Positions 17,201 to 25,915 of a stretch of DNA of 53,930 nucleotides are shown piece by piece. The stretch spans positions 1 through 53,930 of the forward strand of contig CAYMNI010000001.1 of the NCBI GenBank assembly GCA_964391755.1, written 5' to 3'. The DNA is from an uncultured Ignavibacteria bacterium. Lineage in GTDB: Bacteria; Zixibacteria; MSB-5A5; SM1-73. The notes beneath the pieces are model-generated. The model saw only the letters and a program-made list of their open reading frames with translations. It was not told the origin of the DNA and searched no databases. The number at the start of each line of letters is the position of its first letter. The first letter of the stretch is position 1. A program made the position numbers and the translations under genes.

Positions 17201-20133
17201 AGGGCAATCGGGAAGATCCGGACAGGGGCAGGAGGCCCGATACTGAAGACATAAACTCCAACAGCGTGTTGGATGTAACCAACAAGTACTTCGGGTTCAG
17301 CATAGACTTAAGCAAAGACGAGTACCTGGCCACGGAGAACGAGAAGGGTTGGAAACTGTATCGCATTCCTCTGGCTGATCCCCTCAGTTACGTCAAGGTC
17401 GGCGAACCGGATTGGAGCAACATACGATTCACCAGGCTGTGGGTGACCTCGGATGAGGAGTGTACCATAAAAATAGCCTCTCTCCAACTTGTGGGAAATC
17501 GGTGGCAGAATCTGGGCGTATCCAGCATCACCAACCGTCAAACCGCCCTGCCGATAGGAACTGTGCCGGATGAGGAGTTCGACGTCTACGTGAAAAATAC
17601 CCATGAGGACCCGGATTACTATCCTCCCCCCGGCGTTGCGGGGACGCTCAATCGCCAGACCAACGTTAGGGAGAAGGAACAATCCCTGGTGCTGAAGTTC
17701 GAAAACCTCAAGGCCAATCATCAGGGCGTGACCTACCGAATACTATCCAGTTCCGAAATTTATACCAACTATCGATATCTGGAGATGTTCGTTCACGGTC
17801 CAGAGGACGGCTCTCTTCAAGCGGAGCTTCAGTTCTACATACGACTGGGAACCGACTCCACCAACTTCTACGAGTATCACACCGACGTTTATCCGGGTTG
17901 GGACGAACGAAACAAGGTGGTGATGGACTTCGAGAGCATAACCGCCCTGAAGGCTTACTCCGCGGACGACTCCACCAAACTGGTGGATGGAAAGCTGGAC
18001 GTCACCGAAGGTCCATACCGGGTAAGAGGCAGCCCGGCCTTCAACCGGATAAGATGGTTCTCCATGGGGGTGGTAAACACTGAAGGCGCTCCTGCATCCG
18101 GTGAAGTCTGGGTTGACGAGATGCAGGTAACCGGCATCCGGAAAGAAAAGGGAATCGCAAGCAGCGTGGACGTCACCACCAAACTTGCGGATCTGGCATC
18201 CTTGAACTTCGGCTTCAAGAAACAAGACGCCGAGTACCGTAGTTTGGGGCAAGCGACGGAGAACACCTTATCCACCAGCAGCTACAAAATCAGCCTAAGT
18301 GGCCTTCAGGCTCACAAGTTCCTGCCGGTATCTCTGGGCTATACCCTTCCGCTGAACCTGACCTACTCACATACTCTGAATATGCCCAAATGGAAGTCGG
18401 GCACGGACATTGTGTTGCCCAAGGATCTCCAGGACAAGGAAAAAACGGAGAGCACGACTAAAAGCATCGGTTTTACTCCCCGGTTCGATCATCCCACCCA
18501 GAACTGGCTGGTGGGAAGCACCCTTAGGAAGGTAAGCTCAAGCTTCAACTACAGCACCTCCCACAGCACCAGCTTGCAGAACCCGGTGTCGGAGAGCAAG
18601 TCCACAAACATCACCGTGGGATACTCCTTTCCCCTGTCCCGAGGTCTGAATCTGAAGCCTTTCGGTTGGCTCCAAGGATCCCTGATACCTAAGAGCCTCA
18701 CCCAGATGAACTTCTCCCTTCTGCCCACCAGTCTCTCGGTCAACGGAAACATAAGCCAGAGCCGAAGCCATACCGTGGACCGGGTGGGGGCCGTGTATAA
18801 CACGTATACCAGGACATTCAACGGTAGCTTGACCGCCTCGGCCAGTCCCATAAAAGCGATTCCCTTGAATTACACCATGCGAACCGCCAGGAACATCAAG
18901 GATCCCAAAACGATAAAATACTCGCTTAATCCCAAGAACGCAAAGCTGGGCATCGAGACCACTTATGGGGAGACCTTCTCCACCAAATACACCCCGACTT
19001 GGCTGTCCTTCCTCAACGCCAGCTTCAGCTTCGATTCCAAGTATAACGAAAACGCAGATCAGCTAGACCAGTATAACATCGGAGGTACCAGAAAGGTAAG
19101 CAACAGCAACGACAAAAAGGCAAGTTTCACTCTCGATTGGAAGAAGATTCTGGGAACCGGCACACAGCAGGGTAAAGAAAAGAAACGTTCTTTTCTCAAC
19201 CCCATCCATGTGTTGAGAATGTTCACCAACAGATTCGATGCGGTAAACGTCTCCTGGCGCTCCAATCAAACCTTCAGCAAAAGCGGTCTCCTGGGGCGTC
19301 CCTCATTCGGCTATAGATTTGGTTTTTCAAGTTCCCCCGGGGTGGGGAGGGAGGGTGCGTCTCAGTCCACGGACCGGGAGACGATTTCCGATGGATACAG
19401 CGCCAAAAGCGGGCTCACCCTGCTGGCTACCCACGTCGACTTAAATTATGCCCGAAACGTAAGCCGAACCATCACTTCCAGTGAGGATACCAAGAACACT
19501 ACCACTCGCTTCCCCGATCTGGGCTTCAGCTTGGCCAAGTTGGGCAACCTGGGGATCGTGAAGAGGTTCTTCACGGCTTTCTCCTGTAACGTGGCCTACT
19601 ACAGGCAGGTGGACGAACAGGACAACGAGAAAACCGGCGAGAAACTGACCAGGAAAACCTCTAAGAACTTTTCTCCCTTGGCCTCTATATCGGTGACCTG
19701 GAAGAACGGTGTTCGAACCACAGTAAAGATGGATAAGAAGACCTCTACCAGCGAGAACCTGAGAATCTCGGCCAGCAGCCAGTCTGTCACCAAGACCTAC
19801 GACAATTCGATAAACTTAACCAACAACTATTCCTTCAGCGCTCCCACCGGCATAAAGATTCCTTTTCTCAGAAAGATAAGGTTCAACAGCACTCTCGGTT
19901 TGTCTCTCGGCGTCTCCACGGCCTCGGGAAAAACTGAAAGCTCGGTAGGAGGCCAGCCATTCAACGTCACCGCCAACACCAACCGTCTTACCGTCACCAG
20001 TTCCGCCAGTTACACTTTCTCGTCCCAGGTAACGGGTGGATTTACGGCCAGGTGGGGAGATACCAACGACAAGAAGACCAAAAAAAAGACGCACACCCGA
20101 GAGCTGCAGATTTGGATTCAGATAAGCTTCTAG
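14284..20133 (+). CDS. sprA: T9SS outer-membrane translocon SprA (Sov)
   Basis: 1949 aa with a signal peptide. The hallmark SprA block FQIAGTIGSKISVRVDQDSRRQTDLQNTLQLRYKGEEDEIIQTIEAGNTNLNVSSGLVGY...QGLFGIKATAKIGGWGLTMITSQDKGS lines up with the conserved N-terminal region of Flavobacterium SprA as I recall it. The long C-terminal part has beta-strand periodicity. Confidence 0.9.
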   Translation: MHCPWARYHRTVKGALRSFGLAVLLLLGPASVQLLTCASAQALGLNIRLDEKNRSLVRYGYPSQSVGLSISSDSIPLLEINLRYAQSVLVDYEDGFVAISEKQGYYELYKPIFLTIPTYTTASNQLQFRHDWRTNLNRHFLGTSAGSKALFEWEIPVKFPKVVSAIIGEGGPGLKVTGYRRISFSGRSSWEEGLKNTATSRQSKFPSLHMEQQSTFQIAGTIGSKISVRVDQDSRRQTDLQNTLQLRYKGEEDEIIQTIEAGNTNLNVSSGLVGYGETKQGLFGIKATAKIGGWGLTMITSQDKGSTESADFRAGAETSAKPIRDYDYLKRTFYDLGDGSEFVEGDSIVDIKFFKSNTPISTNSAHPFGVAYIDPNDTSKSGYEGPYYRRFDEIDPDEYFTHSSLHYVQFFSALGETDILAAWYVVWRSAEQSFDTTGLLKDSCTSAEQETCMVLKLLKSDDPKPADYTWEYEWKNIYYLGSRNIQRDGFSLDIYKGLPNAETIDEDPNYQDSTSYLRLFGLDDLDLDAESNPDGIVDYRQIDFGLGYLVFPRRHPFAPDPNVSLTDNPGDTLKEPVKEIYDWSSKSEPRDNSKYYIWVESASRQSEYSLGRAPIIEGSDVVTLNGTRLTRGEDYTIQYEIGEIAFINPDALSPNADLSVSYEYAPLLMPEKKSMFGGMAEYNLGNNLKFGAVGIYKSEKTSDERPRVGQEPSRNFIWGSNLSFNSSPQFLTNMLNAIPWVRTDAASSFTFRGELAQSVPNPNTEDRAFIDDFEGSLQYTDLSIRRGIWTLSGAPQDRELSDRSKLWWYNPYDQELISEIWPDKETERNEERTNILELQFFPSTPHRPSDKEFDSSSVENHWNGIQRSLYAGAYDQTKTKFLELWLHGNQGVLHVDLGEISEDLNGDRLLNTEDKPRNGQRDGILDDDEDLGLDTLGNDQEREFWDCQECEDASGDDWNYDNRYDYSRINGTQGNREDPDRGRRPDTEDINSNSVLDVTNKYFGFSIDLSKDEYLATENEKGWKLYRIPLADPLSYVKVGEPDWSNIRFTRLWVTSDEECTIKIASLQLVGNRWQNLGVSSITNRQTALPIGTVPDEEFDVYVKNTHEDPDYYPPPGVAGTLNRQTNVREKEQSLVLKFENLKANHQGVTYRILSSSEIYTNYRYLEMFVHGPEDGSLQAELQFYIRLGTDSTNFYEYHTDVYPGWDERNKVVMDFESITALKAYSADDSTKLVDGKLDVTEGPYRVRGSPAFNRIRWFSMGVVNTEGAPASGEVWVDEMQVTGIRKEKGIASSVDVTTKLADLASLNFGFKKQDAEYRSLGQATENTLSTSSYKISLSGLQAHKFLPVSLGYTLPLNLTYSHTLNMPKWKSGTDIVLPKDLQDKEKTESTTKSIGFTPRFDHPTQNWLVGSTLRKVSSSFNYSTSHSTSLQNPVSESKSTNITVGYSFPLSRGLNLKPFGWLQGSLIPKSLTQMNFSLLPTSLSVNGNISQSRSHTVDRVGAVYNTYTRTFNGSLTASASPIKAIPLNYTMRTARNIKDPKTIKYSLNPKNAKLGIETTYGETFSTKYTPTWLSFLNASFSFDSKYNENADQLDQYNIGGTRKVSNSNDKKASFTLDWKKILGTGTQQGKEKKRSFLNPIHVLRMFTNRFDAVNVSWRSNQTFSKSGLLGRPSFGYRFGFSSSPGVGREGASQSTDRETISDGYSAKSGLTLLATHVDLNYARNVSRTITSSEDTKNTTTRFPDLGFSLAKLGNLGIVKRFFTAFSCNVAYYRQVDEQDNEKTGEKLTRKTSKNFSPLASISVTWKNGVRTTVKMDKKTSTSENLRISASSQSVTKTYDNSINLTNNYSFSAPTGIKIPFLRKIRFNSTLGLSLGVSTASGKTESSVGGQPFNVTANTNRLTVTSSASYTFSSQVTGGFTARWGDTNDKKTKKKTHTRELQIWIQISF

Positions 20134-20336
20134 GAAACGGTTCATTCATGTCGAGTGAGCAAATGCCAGCAGCAGACTACATTTGAAGTTGCATTCCGCC
20201 TGAATCGCGGCCATTGGATTTTCTTCAGTCCGACGGCAATCGCCGCAATCGCACTTCGACTTTGCGCGTAAAATCTGCCAAAAAATCCTCTCGACCACAA
20301 TAGGAGCTTGCCAAGCCGGACTTCAAGAGTTATGTT

Positions 20337-21296
20337 ATGCAAGTGATACACTCCAATGTCTCCCTATGGAGTCTGTTCGGAATGAACGTGGCTTTGGGGC
20401 AAAGAAGCATCCTATGGCTTGGCCTCCTGCTCTTATCTCTTTGCGGGTGCCACGCCTCTCCCGCACCCAGGTTCGACGGAGAAAGGGCTTTCGTCGTCCT
20501 TAAGGAGCAGTGCGATTTCGGTCCGCGACATCCTGGTTCGGAGGGGCATCGGAAGGTCCGGCAATATCTGCTTGACAGGCTCTCGCAGCATACCGGTTTT
20601 GTGAAAACGCAGGATTTCATCCTCCCGAATCCTCTGGGGGGAGAAGAGTTGCAGTTGACCAACATCATAGCCTCTTTCTATCCCCGGAAGGGCAGAAGGC
20701 TGCTGCTCTGTGCACACTGGGACACCCGCCCTATCGCCGACAGGGATCCGGATACGACATTGCGGACGCAGCCGGTACCCGGAGGAAACGACGGAGCTTC
20801 CGGTGTATCGGTGCTGCTGGAGATGGCCGGAATCATCTCCCGGCGTGAACCGACCCGGGGCGTGGATATGGTGTTGTTTGACGGAGAGGACGGGGGACGA
20901 GAAGAGGATCTGGTCGGATTCTGCCTGGGGTCAAGCTACTTCGCCGCGAACATGGGAGACTATCGGCCTGAATTTGGCATCGTAGTGGACATGATAGGAG
21001 ACAGAGATTTACACCTCTACCGGGAGGGTCATTCCCACAGCTATGCGCCGAAATTGGTTGACCTGATCTGGTCTAAGGCCAAAGAGTTGGGGCATTCGTG
21101 CTTTAACGACTCGGTCGGATATTTCATATATGATGACCACGTACCCCTGCAGGAGGCGGGAATCCCTGCCGTGGACTTGATCGATCTGGATTATCCCTAC
21201 TGGCACACCACCTCCGATACGCCGGACAAGTGTAGTCCGGAGAGCCTGCAGAAGATCGGAGACGTGCTCATGGCAATCCTCTACGGCGATGACTGA
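20337..21296 (+). CDS. M28-fold zinc protein, glutaminyl-peptide cyclotransferase (type II QC)-like lipoprotein
   Basis: 319 aa. Lipobox LLLLSLCGC (an alternative start at 20382 gives MNVALGQRSILWLGLLLLSLC). Motifs LLLCAHWDTRPIADRDPD...PVPGGNDGASGVSVLLEMAG, VLFDGEDGG and YWHTTSDT are the metal-ligand blocks shared by M28 aminopeptidases and the bacterial QC described for Porphyromonas. QC versus aminopeptidase cannot be decided by eye. Confidence 0.6.
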   Translation: MQVIHSNVSLWSLFGMNVALGQRSILWLGLLLLSLCGCHASPAPRFDGERAFVVLKEQCDFGPRHPGSEGHRKVRQYLLDRLSQHTGFVKTQDFILPNPLGGEELQLTNIIASFYPRKGRRLLLCAHWDTRPIADRDPDTTLRTQPVPGGNDGASGVSVLLEMAGIISRREPTRGVDMVLFDGEDGGREEDLVGFCLGSSYFAANMGDYRPEFGIVVDMIGDRDLHLYREGHSHSYAPKLVDLIWSKAKELGHSCFNDSVGYFIYDDHVPLQEAGIPAVDLIDLDYPYWHTTSDTPDKCSPESLQKIGDVLMAILYGDD

Positions 21297-21439
21297 GTCT
21301 GGCTGGGTACCATTGTCCTCTGGGTCACCTGGTCTGCCCTGGAGAAGGAACCGGGTGGGAATTCGTGTCCACGGACGAGTGTAAAAGGCGCTGACACAAC
21401 CTATCTTTTCCCGAAACCGAATCTCGGATTCGAATCGAC

Positions 21440-21850
21440 ATGCAAATTCTCAGCTTCACTCCTCAAGAGACCAAAGCATTGATCTTCTTGGTAGCCGCGC
21501 TGCTGGTGGGCACCGGATTAACCTTGTACAAAAGAACCCATCCGCAGTTTGCTCCGGAGCTGGTGCCGCTGGGAAGAGAGGCCGTCGTTTCGACAAATGC
21601 CCAGGAACAGTCGGACCCGGTGGCAGATGCCAGGCTGCTTAACATAAATCAAGCCACCGCCGAGGAGCTGCAACTTCTCCCGGGTCTGGGTCCCAGCTTA
21701 AGCCGGCGCGTAGTGAGCTATAGAGAAGCTCACGGAGGGTATGCAAAAATCGAGGATATCATGCAAGTTGACGGCATTGGCCCCAAGACCTTCCAGCGAA
21801 TAAGAGACTGCATATCCGTGGATGCCGATACGGGAGGAGATCCCGGATGA
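21440..21850 (+). CDS. comEA: ComEA-family helix-hairpin-helix DNA-binding protein
   Basis: 136 aa. N-terminal TM helix, then LNINQATAEELQLLPGLGPSLSRRVVSYREAHGGYAKIEDIMQVDGIGPKTFQRI (tandem HhH). Confidence 0.85.
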   Translation: MQILSFTPQETKALIFLVAALLVGTGLTLYKRTHPQFAPELVPLGREAVVSTNAQEQSDPVADARLLNINQATAEELQLLPGLGPSLSRRVVSYREAHGGYAKIEDIMQVDGIGPKTFQRIRDCISVDADTGGDPG

Positions 21851-22392
21851 GGATCATATCCGGTGAGAAAAAAGGACATCGGATCACCGCGGGCAAGAAG
21901 GCCAACATCAGACCCACCTCCGACAGGGTCAGAGAGTCCACATTCAACGTGCTGCGCCAGGAGGTGACGGGAAAACGGGTCTTGGACCTGTTCGCCGGTG
22001 CGGGAGGCATGGGTCTGGAGGCCTTGTCGCGAGGTGCCCTGTGGGCTACCTTCGTGGACTCGTCCCCAGAAAGCATGAATGCCCTCAAGAGGAATCTCGA
22101 GAGGTTGAAACTGAAAGACAGATCGACGGTAATTAGGCTCGATGGGTTGAAAGCTCTGAATAAAATCGGACGGAGCTTCAATTTGATTTTTGCCGATCCT
22201 CCCTACGCGAAAGGATACGCTCAGCGGATACTCGACATTATTGCCCGATCTGACGTTTTGGAGGAGGGTGGGATTTTGGTCTTGGAGCATCACAAGAAGG
22301 AAGCGTTTCGCTGCCCTGAAGAACATCTGTCCCTTCTGAAAGAGAAGAGATTTGGAGACACAGTAATTTCTTTTTTGCTGAAAAGAGGCTGA
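21847..22392 (+). CDS. rsmD: 16S rRNA (guanine966-N2)-methyltransferase
   Basis: 181 aa. MRIISGEKKG...IRPTSDRVRESTFN, VLDLFAGAGGMGLEALSRGA, FADPPY motif. 4-nt ATGA overlap with comEA. rsmD-coaD is a widely conserved pair. Confidence 0.9.
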   Translation: MRIISGEKKGHRITAGKKANIRPTSDRVRESTFNVLRQEVTGKRVLDLFAGAGGMGLEALSRGALWATFVDSSPESMNALKRNLERLKLKDRSTVIRLDGLKALNKIGRSFNLIFADPPYAKGYAQRILDIIARSDVLEEGGILVLEHHKKEAFRCPEEHLSLLKEKRFGDTVISFLLKRG

Positions 22393-22441
22393 TAACCAAT
22401 ATCAGGCATTCTGGGTACGCTCATAATCACAAGGAGATGCT

Positions 22442-22924
22442 ATGAGAGTTGCCATATATCCCGGAAGCTTCGATCCGGTTACCAATGGCCATCTGGATCT
22501 GATCCAGCGGGGTCTTCTGCTGTTCGACCAACTGGTGGTGGCCGTTGCAGACAACCCCGACAAACGACCCCTCTTCGCCGGAGCTGAGAGATTGGAAATG
22601 GTACGTTCAACTGTGGAAGACCGGAAGAGAATGGAGTTTCTGCTTTTCTCCGGTCTGCTGGCCGACCTGGCGAAAGAACGCCAGGCTTGCGCCATTATCC
22701 GGGGGGTGAGGGCCGTGTCGGATTTCGAGTTCGAATTCCAAATGGCTCTGATGAACAGAAAACTTGCTCCCGGGACGGAGACGGTGTTTCTCATGCCTTC
22801 GGAGAAATACACCTACTTAAGTTCCAATCTCATTAAGGACATCTCTCGCTTCAACGGAGACGTATCCTCTTTTGTTCCGGAGATGGTCAGAAGAAAGCTG
22901 CAGGAGAAGTTTGGATTTCTGTAG
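22442..22924 (+). CDS. coaD: Phosphopantetheine adenylyltransferase
   Basis: 160 aa. MRVAIYPGSFDPVTNGHLDLI (HxGH-type nucleotidyltransferase motif), IRGVRAVSDFEFEFQMALMNRKL, SSNLIKDI. Confidence 0.95.
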   Translation: MRVAIYPGSFDPVTNGHLDLIQRGLLLFDQLVVAVADNPDKRPLFAGAERLEMVRSTVEDRKRMEFLLFSGLLADLAKERQACAIIRGVRAVSDFEFEFQMALMNRKLAPGTETVFLMPSEKYTYLSSNLIKDISRFNGDVSSFVPEMVRRKLQEKFGFL

Positions 22925-23046
22925 TCCGGCTTGCGGATTCTCCCCCGGCGGGGGGGTATGTTTCCGCAACCCAATTCCTGTGCCTGTGAATCTGTGTACG
23001 CCCCCGATGTGGAGGGATGCTTTTCACCTCTACCCGGCCGGCAATC

Positions 23047-23565
23047 TTATTCTTCCAATTCCCGACGTAAAGCCGCCTCCGCCTTCTGGGCGTCTCCTTC
23101 CCGAATAACGCAGGAGACCGCATTGGTGGAGCTGCACACCGCCTCGACATTGATGCCGGACTTGGAGAGGGCGGAAAATATCCTTGCTCCCACTCCCGGT
23201 GTGTTGGATATCCCCGAAAGTGTAACCGAGATTATTGCCACATCGTGATCCACCAGCAGATCTTTGGCCTCTATTTCCTCCTTTATCCTATTCAGCTTGA
23301 GGATGGCGGGATTTAAGTGCTCTTTACTCACCACCAGGGTTATGTCTTGCCCTTCCTCCATCCCGCTGGTGGAGGAAACCAATTCTACGTTGATGTCGTA
23401 CGACCACAAGGCTCCGAAGACCTGCGCACCGATGCCCGGCCGGTCAGGCGCAGACTTCAGGGTGATCTTAGCTACATCTGTTTTGCAGGCAACACCGAAT
23501 TCTACCATAAAGAGATCTCCTTCCGATCGGGGCACAAGGCGCCTGATTCTGTCTCTGAATTCCAA
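23047..23565 (-). CDS. Stand-alone tandem ACT-domain protein, paralog of 12364..12825
   Basis: 172 aa (alternative start M20 at 23508). VAKITLKSAPDRPGIGAQVFGALWSYDINVELV and VAIISVTLSGISNTPGVGARIFSALSKSGINVEAV align position-for-position with the other ACT-pair protein. Confidence 0.8.
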   Translation of the reverse strand: MEFRDRIRRLVPRSEGDLFMVEFGVACKTDVAKITLKSAPDRPGIGAQVFGALWSYDINVELVSSTSGMEEGQDITLVVSKEHLNPAILKLNRIKEEIEAKDLLVDHDVAIISVTLSGISNTPGVGARIFSALSKSGINVEAVCSSTNAVSCVIREGDAQKAEAALRRELEE

Positions 23566-23866
23566 GTAAACGCATTTTTGGACAAAGTCAACTCATTTTT
23601 CGCCGGAAGGCTGCCGCCCGGCTGATCGGAGTTTAAGACCGGAATCTGCTTAGGCTCAGCCTGGCCTGGTGACGTTTGAATATCCGACGCTTGTGACCGA
23701 AAGGTTTGGCCGGACCGAAAAGATCATTCGACTCTGAGCAGCGGTTGCCCCGGTATTTCCCCTTTTCAGGGATCGCCATCTGCCGGGTCAACGGAGAAGA
23801 TTATCTCTTTCCTTCCAAGGAACGAACTCCGATGCAGCTTGGTGCGTACACCTGTGGAGAACCGAC

Positions 23867-24589
23867 CTACCTGGGACCTTTGATCAAATAGAGCATCTCC
23901 CTTACCGCTTTTTCAAAGCCCACCATGACCGCCCGGGCAACGATGGCGTGCCCGATGGAGAACTCGTGGAGATGATGGATCTGCACCAGATTAGAGATAT
24001 TCCGATAATTGAGGCCATGCCCCAAGTTTACGCCCAGGTTCAGCCTGTGGGCTAAAGTGGCAGCCTTCTCCAACCTCTCCAATTGAGCTATCTGAGCCCC
24101 CACCTTCTTGGTCAGGGCGTAGCTGTCGGTGTTCAGCTCCACGTAATCGGTGCCTATTCTGGCCGAGGTTTTGATGCTCTCCTCATCCGGATTGATAAAA
24201 AGGCTGACCAATCTCCCGTCCAACTGCAGCTTGGATACCGCCTGATTTAGCACCTGGTGATTGGCCTCAATCTCCAGACCGCCTTCGGTGGTCAGCTCAC
24301 CCTCCTTCTCCGGAACCAGGGTGACCATATCCGGTTTCACCTTGAGCGCTATATCCAGCATCTCGTCGGTGGCGGCCATCTCCAGATTCAAAGCCGTTTT
24401 GACCACCTGCCTTAAGATTCTGAGATCCCGGTCTTGGATGTGTCTCCGGTCGCCTCTCAGATGAACCGTGACTCCGTCTGCCCCCGCCATCTCCGCGGCT
24501 ATGGCCGCCGCCACCGGGTCCGGTTCCTCGGCCTTTCTGGCCTGTCTGACCGTGGCCACGTGATCCACGTTTATGCTCAACTTTACCAT
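23867..24589 (-). CDS. pdxJ: Pyridoxine 5'-phosphate synthase
   Basis: 240 aa. LSINVDHVATVRQAR, GVTVHLRGDRRHIQDRD, VTLVPE, LNLGHGLNY, EFSIGHAIVARA. Confidence 0.95.
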   Translation of the reverse strand: MVKLSINVDHVATVRQARKAEEPDPVAAAIAAEMAGADGVTVHLRGDRRHIQDRDLRILRQVVKTALNLEMAATDEMLDIALKVKPDMVTLVPEKEGELTTEGGLEIEANHQVLNQAVSKLQLDGRLVSLFINPDEESIKTSARIGTDYVELNTDSYALTKKVGAQIAQLERLEKAATLAHRLNLGVNLGHGLNYRNISNLVQIHHLHEFSIGHAIVARAVMVGFEKAVREMLYLIKGPR

Positions 24590-24625
24590 GTCACTCCTCC
24601 CTAAGGTTGCGCCATTACCGGAGGT

Positions 24626-25177
24626 TCAGCTCGATTCGTCGATCCACCGCACGATCCTCCACAGATCATCCTGCTCCGACCGCTTGAAGTAGAACTCGGC
24701 GAATCCGGTGGCCTCCATCCGCAAATAGTCGTAATCACCGTCCGTGTCCTGAAGCGAAAGATGAAAAATCACCCGGCGGGCTTTCCAAGTCTCCTCTCCC
24801 ACGCTGTCAGAAGCAGATTTGACGATCCAAGTATCCAGCTTTATTTCATCGAAGGTTCTGAACAAAGCCCGGGTGACATATAAATCCCCTCCTCTACCGT
24901 CCTTGAAGATCTCCATCATCACCTCGGTGCCCACCACCTTGTCCAGGTCCCGGTATATGAAGATGAAGTCATCATCCAGCAGGTTCTCGTAGACGATGCT
25001 GTCCCGGTTCTCGTAAGCATATTTGAAGTTGTGCAGAACGCTGTCCGGGTCGGTCTGGGCAGCAAGGGGTTTGATGGTGCTGGGCCCTATGACCGACGGA
25101 GAGAAGGGATTGAAACAGCCTAAAAGACAGACGGCCGACGAGATGATCAGAAGCGGCAACCAGATTTCCCTCGACAT
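24626..25177 (-). CDS. Lipoprotein of unknown function (paralog of 25203..25829)
   Basis: Track ORF 24626..25189 starts at a GTG. I prefer the ATG at 25177, which has GGAAGGA just upstream. Signal and lipobox MSREIWLPLLIISSAVCLLGC; mature N-terminus CFNPF; block DPDSVLHNFKYAYENRDSIVYENLLDDDFIF. Confidence 0.7.
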   Translation of the reverse strand: MSREIWLPLLIISSAVCLLGCFNPFSPSVIGPSTIKPLAAQTDPDSVLHNFKYAYENRDSIVYENLLDDDFIFIYRDLDKVVGTEVMMEIFKDGRGGDLYVTRALFRTFDEIKLDTWIVKSASDSVGEETWKARRVIFHLSLQDTDGDYDYLRMEATGFAEFYFKRSEQDDLWRIVRWIDESS

Positions 25178-25202
25178 ATTCCTTCCCACAAGCGAAGATG
25201 AA

Positions 25203-25829
25203 TCATCTGAACTGGGCCTTAAAATCGCCCCAGTCGTATCCTCCCGAGACCTCCGGCAGATCGCTCCAAAAACAAATGCACCACCAGTTCAAAGAAGTCT
25301 GCTCTAAGTGAAAGGTGGCCGTTCCTTTGGCCAGCGTAGTGTCCCAGGGATCCGCTTTCATATCCACTATCACCAGTTCATAGTCCCTCAGCAGAACCGC
25401 CATGCTGTCGTTGATGTCGTCCTGGATCGGGGGATCCGGATCAAAACGAAGTTCCAGGCCGACGGAGTCCGCATTGCTCTTGAAGATGTTGAAGATCTGG
25501 GTGGTGACGCGGACCTCGGCATTTCTATCCCAGTCGGTGAAAAGCTCCTCCCGGTTGTCTTGAATCGCCTTTATGGAGTCCTCCGGCGCGGAGAATCCAA
25601 ATGATGAGTCGCACAAACAGCGGTCGAAGTTGGTTATAACCAATTCGTTATAGGCATATAACAGATTGTCAAGTACGTTCTCCGGTTGGGAAGGTGTCTC
25701 CCAGGTTCCCTTCGTCTCCGCTGCCGGCGTAGGGGATTCCCTGGTTCGAAAGGGATTCTTGCAGCCTTGCAGCGAAAAGAGCAAAATCAGACTCATCAGT
25801 GTCCACAGGATTCCGATTCTATTGCTCAT
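25203..25829 (-). CDS. Lipoprotein of unknown function (paralog of 24626..25177)
   Basis: Track ORF 25203..25928 would overlap the upstream barrel gene. An internal start at 25829 (or 25847) gives MSNRIGILWTLMSLILLFSLQGC (lipobox). Mature N-terminus CKNPF; block QPENVLDNLLYAYNELVITNFDRCLCDSSFGF. Confidence 0.7.
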   Translation of the reverse strand: MSNRIGILWTLMSLILLFSLQGCKNPFRTRESPTPAAETKGTWETPSQPENVLDNLLYAYNELVITNFDRCLCDSSFGFSAPEDSIKAIQDNREELFTDWDRNAEVRVTTQIFNIFKSNADSVGLELRFDPDPPIQDDINDSMAVLLRDYELVIVDMKADPWDTTLAKGTATFHLEQTSLNWWCICFWSDLPEVSGGYDWGDFKAQFR

Positions 25830-25915
25830 CTCTCCCAAGAACGGCATGGTTTGACCTTTGAGAATCGACTCATCCGGCCAGGGCAGCTTGGAGCCATAGC
25901 CCGACGGTGTTTGAG

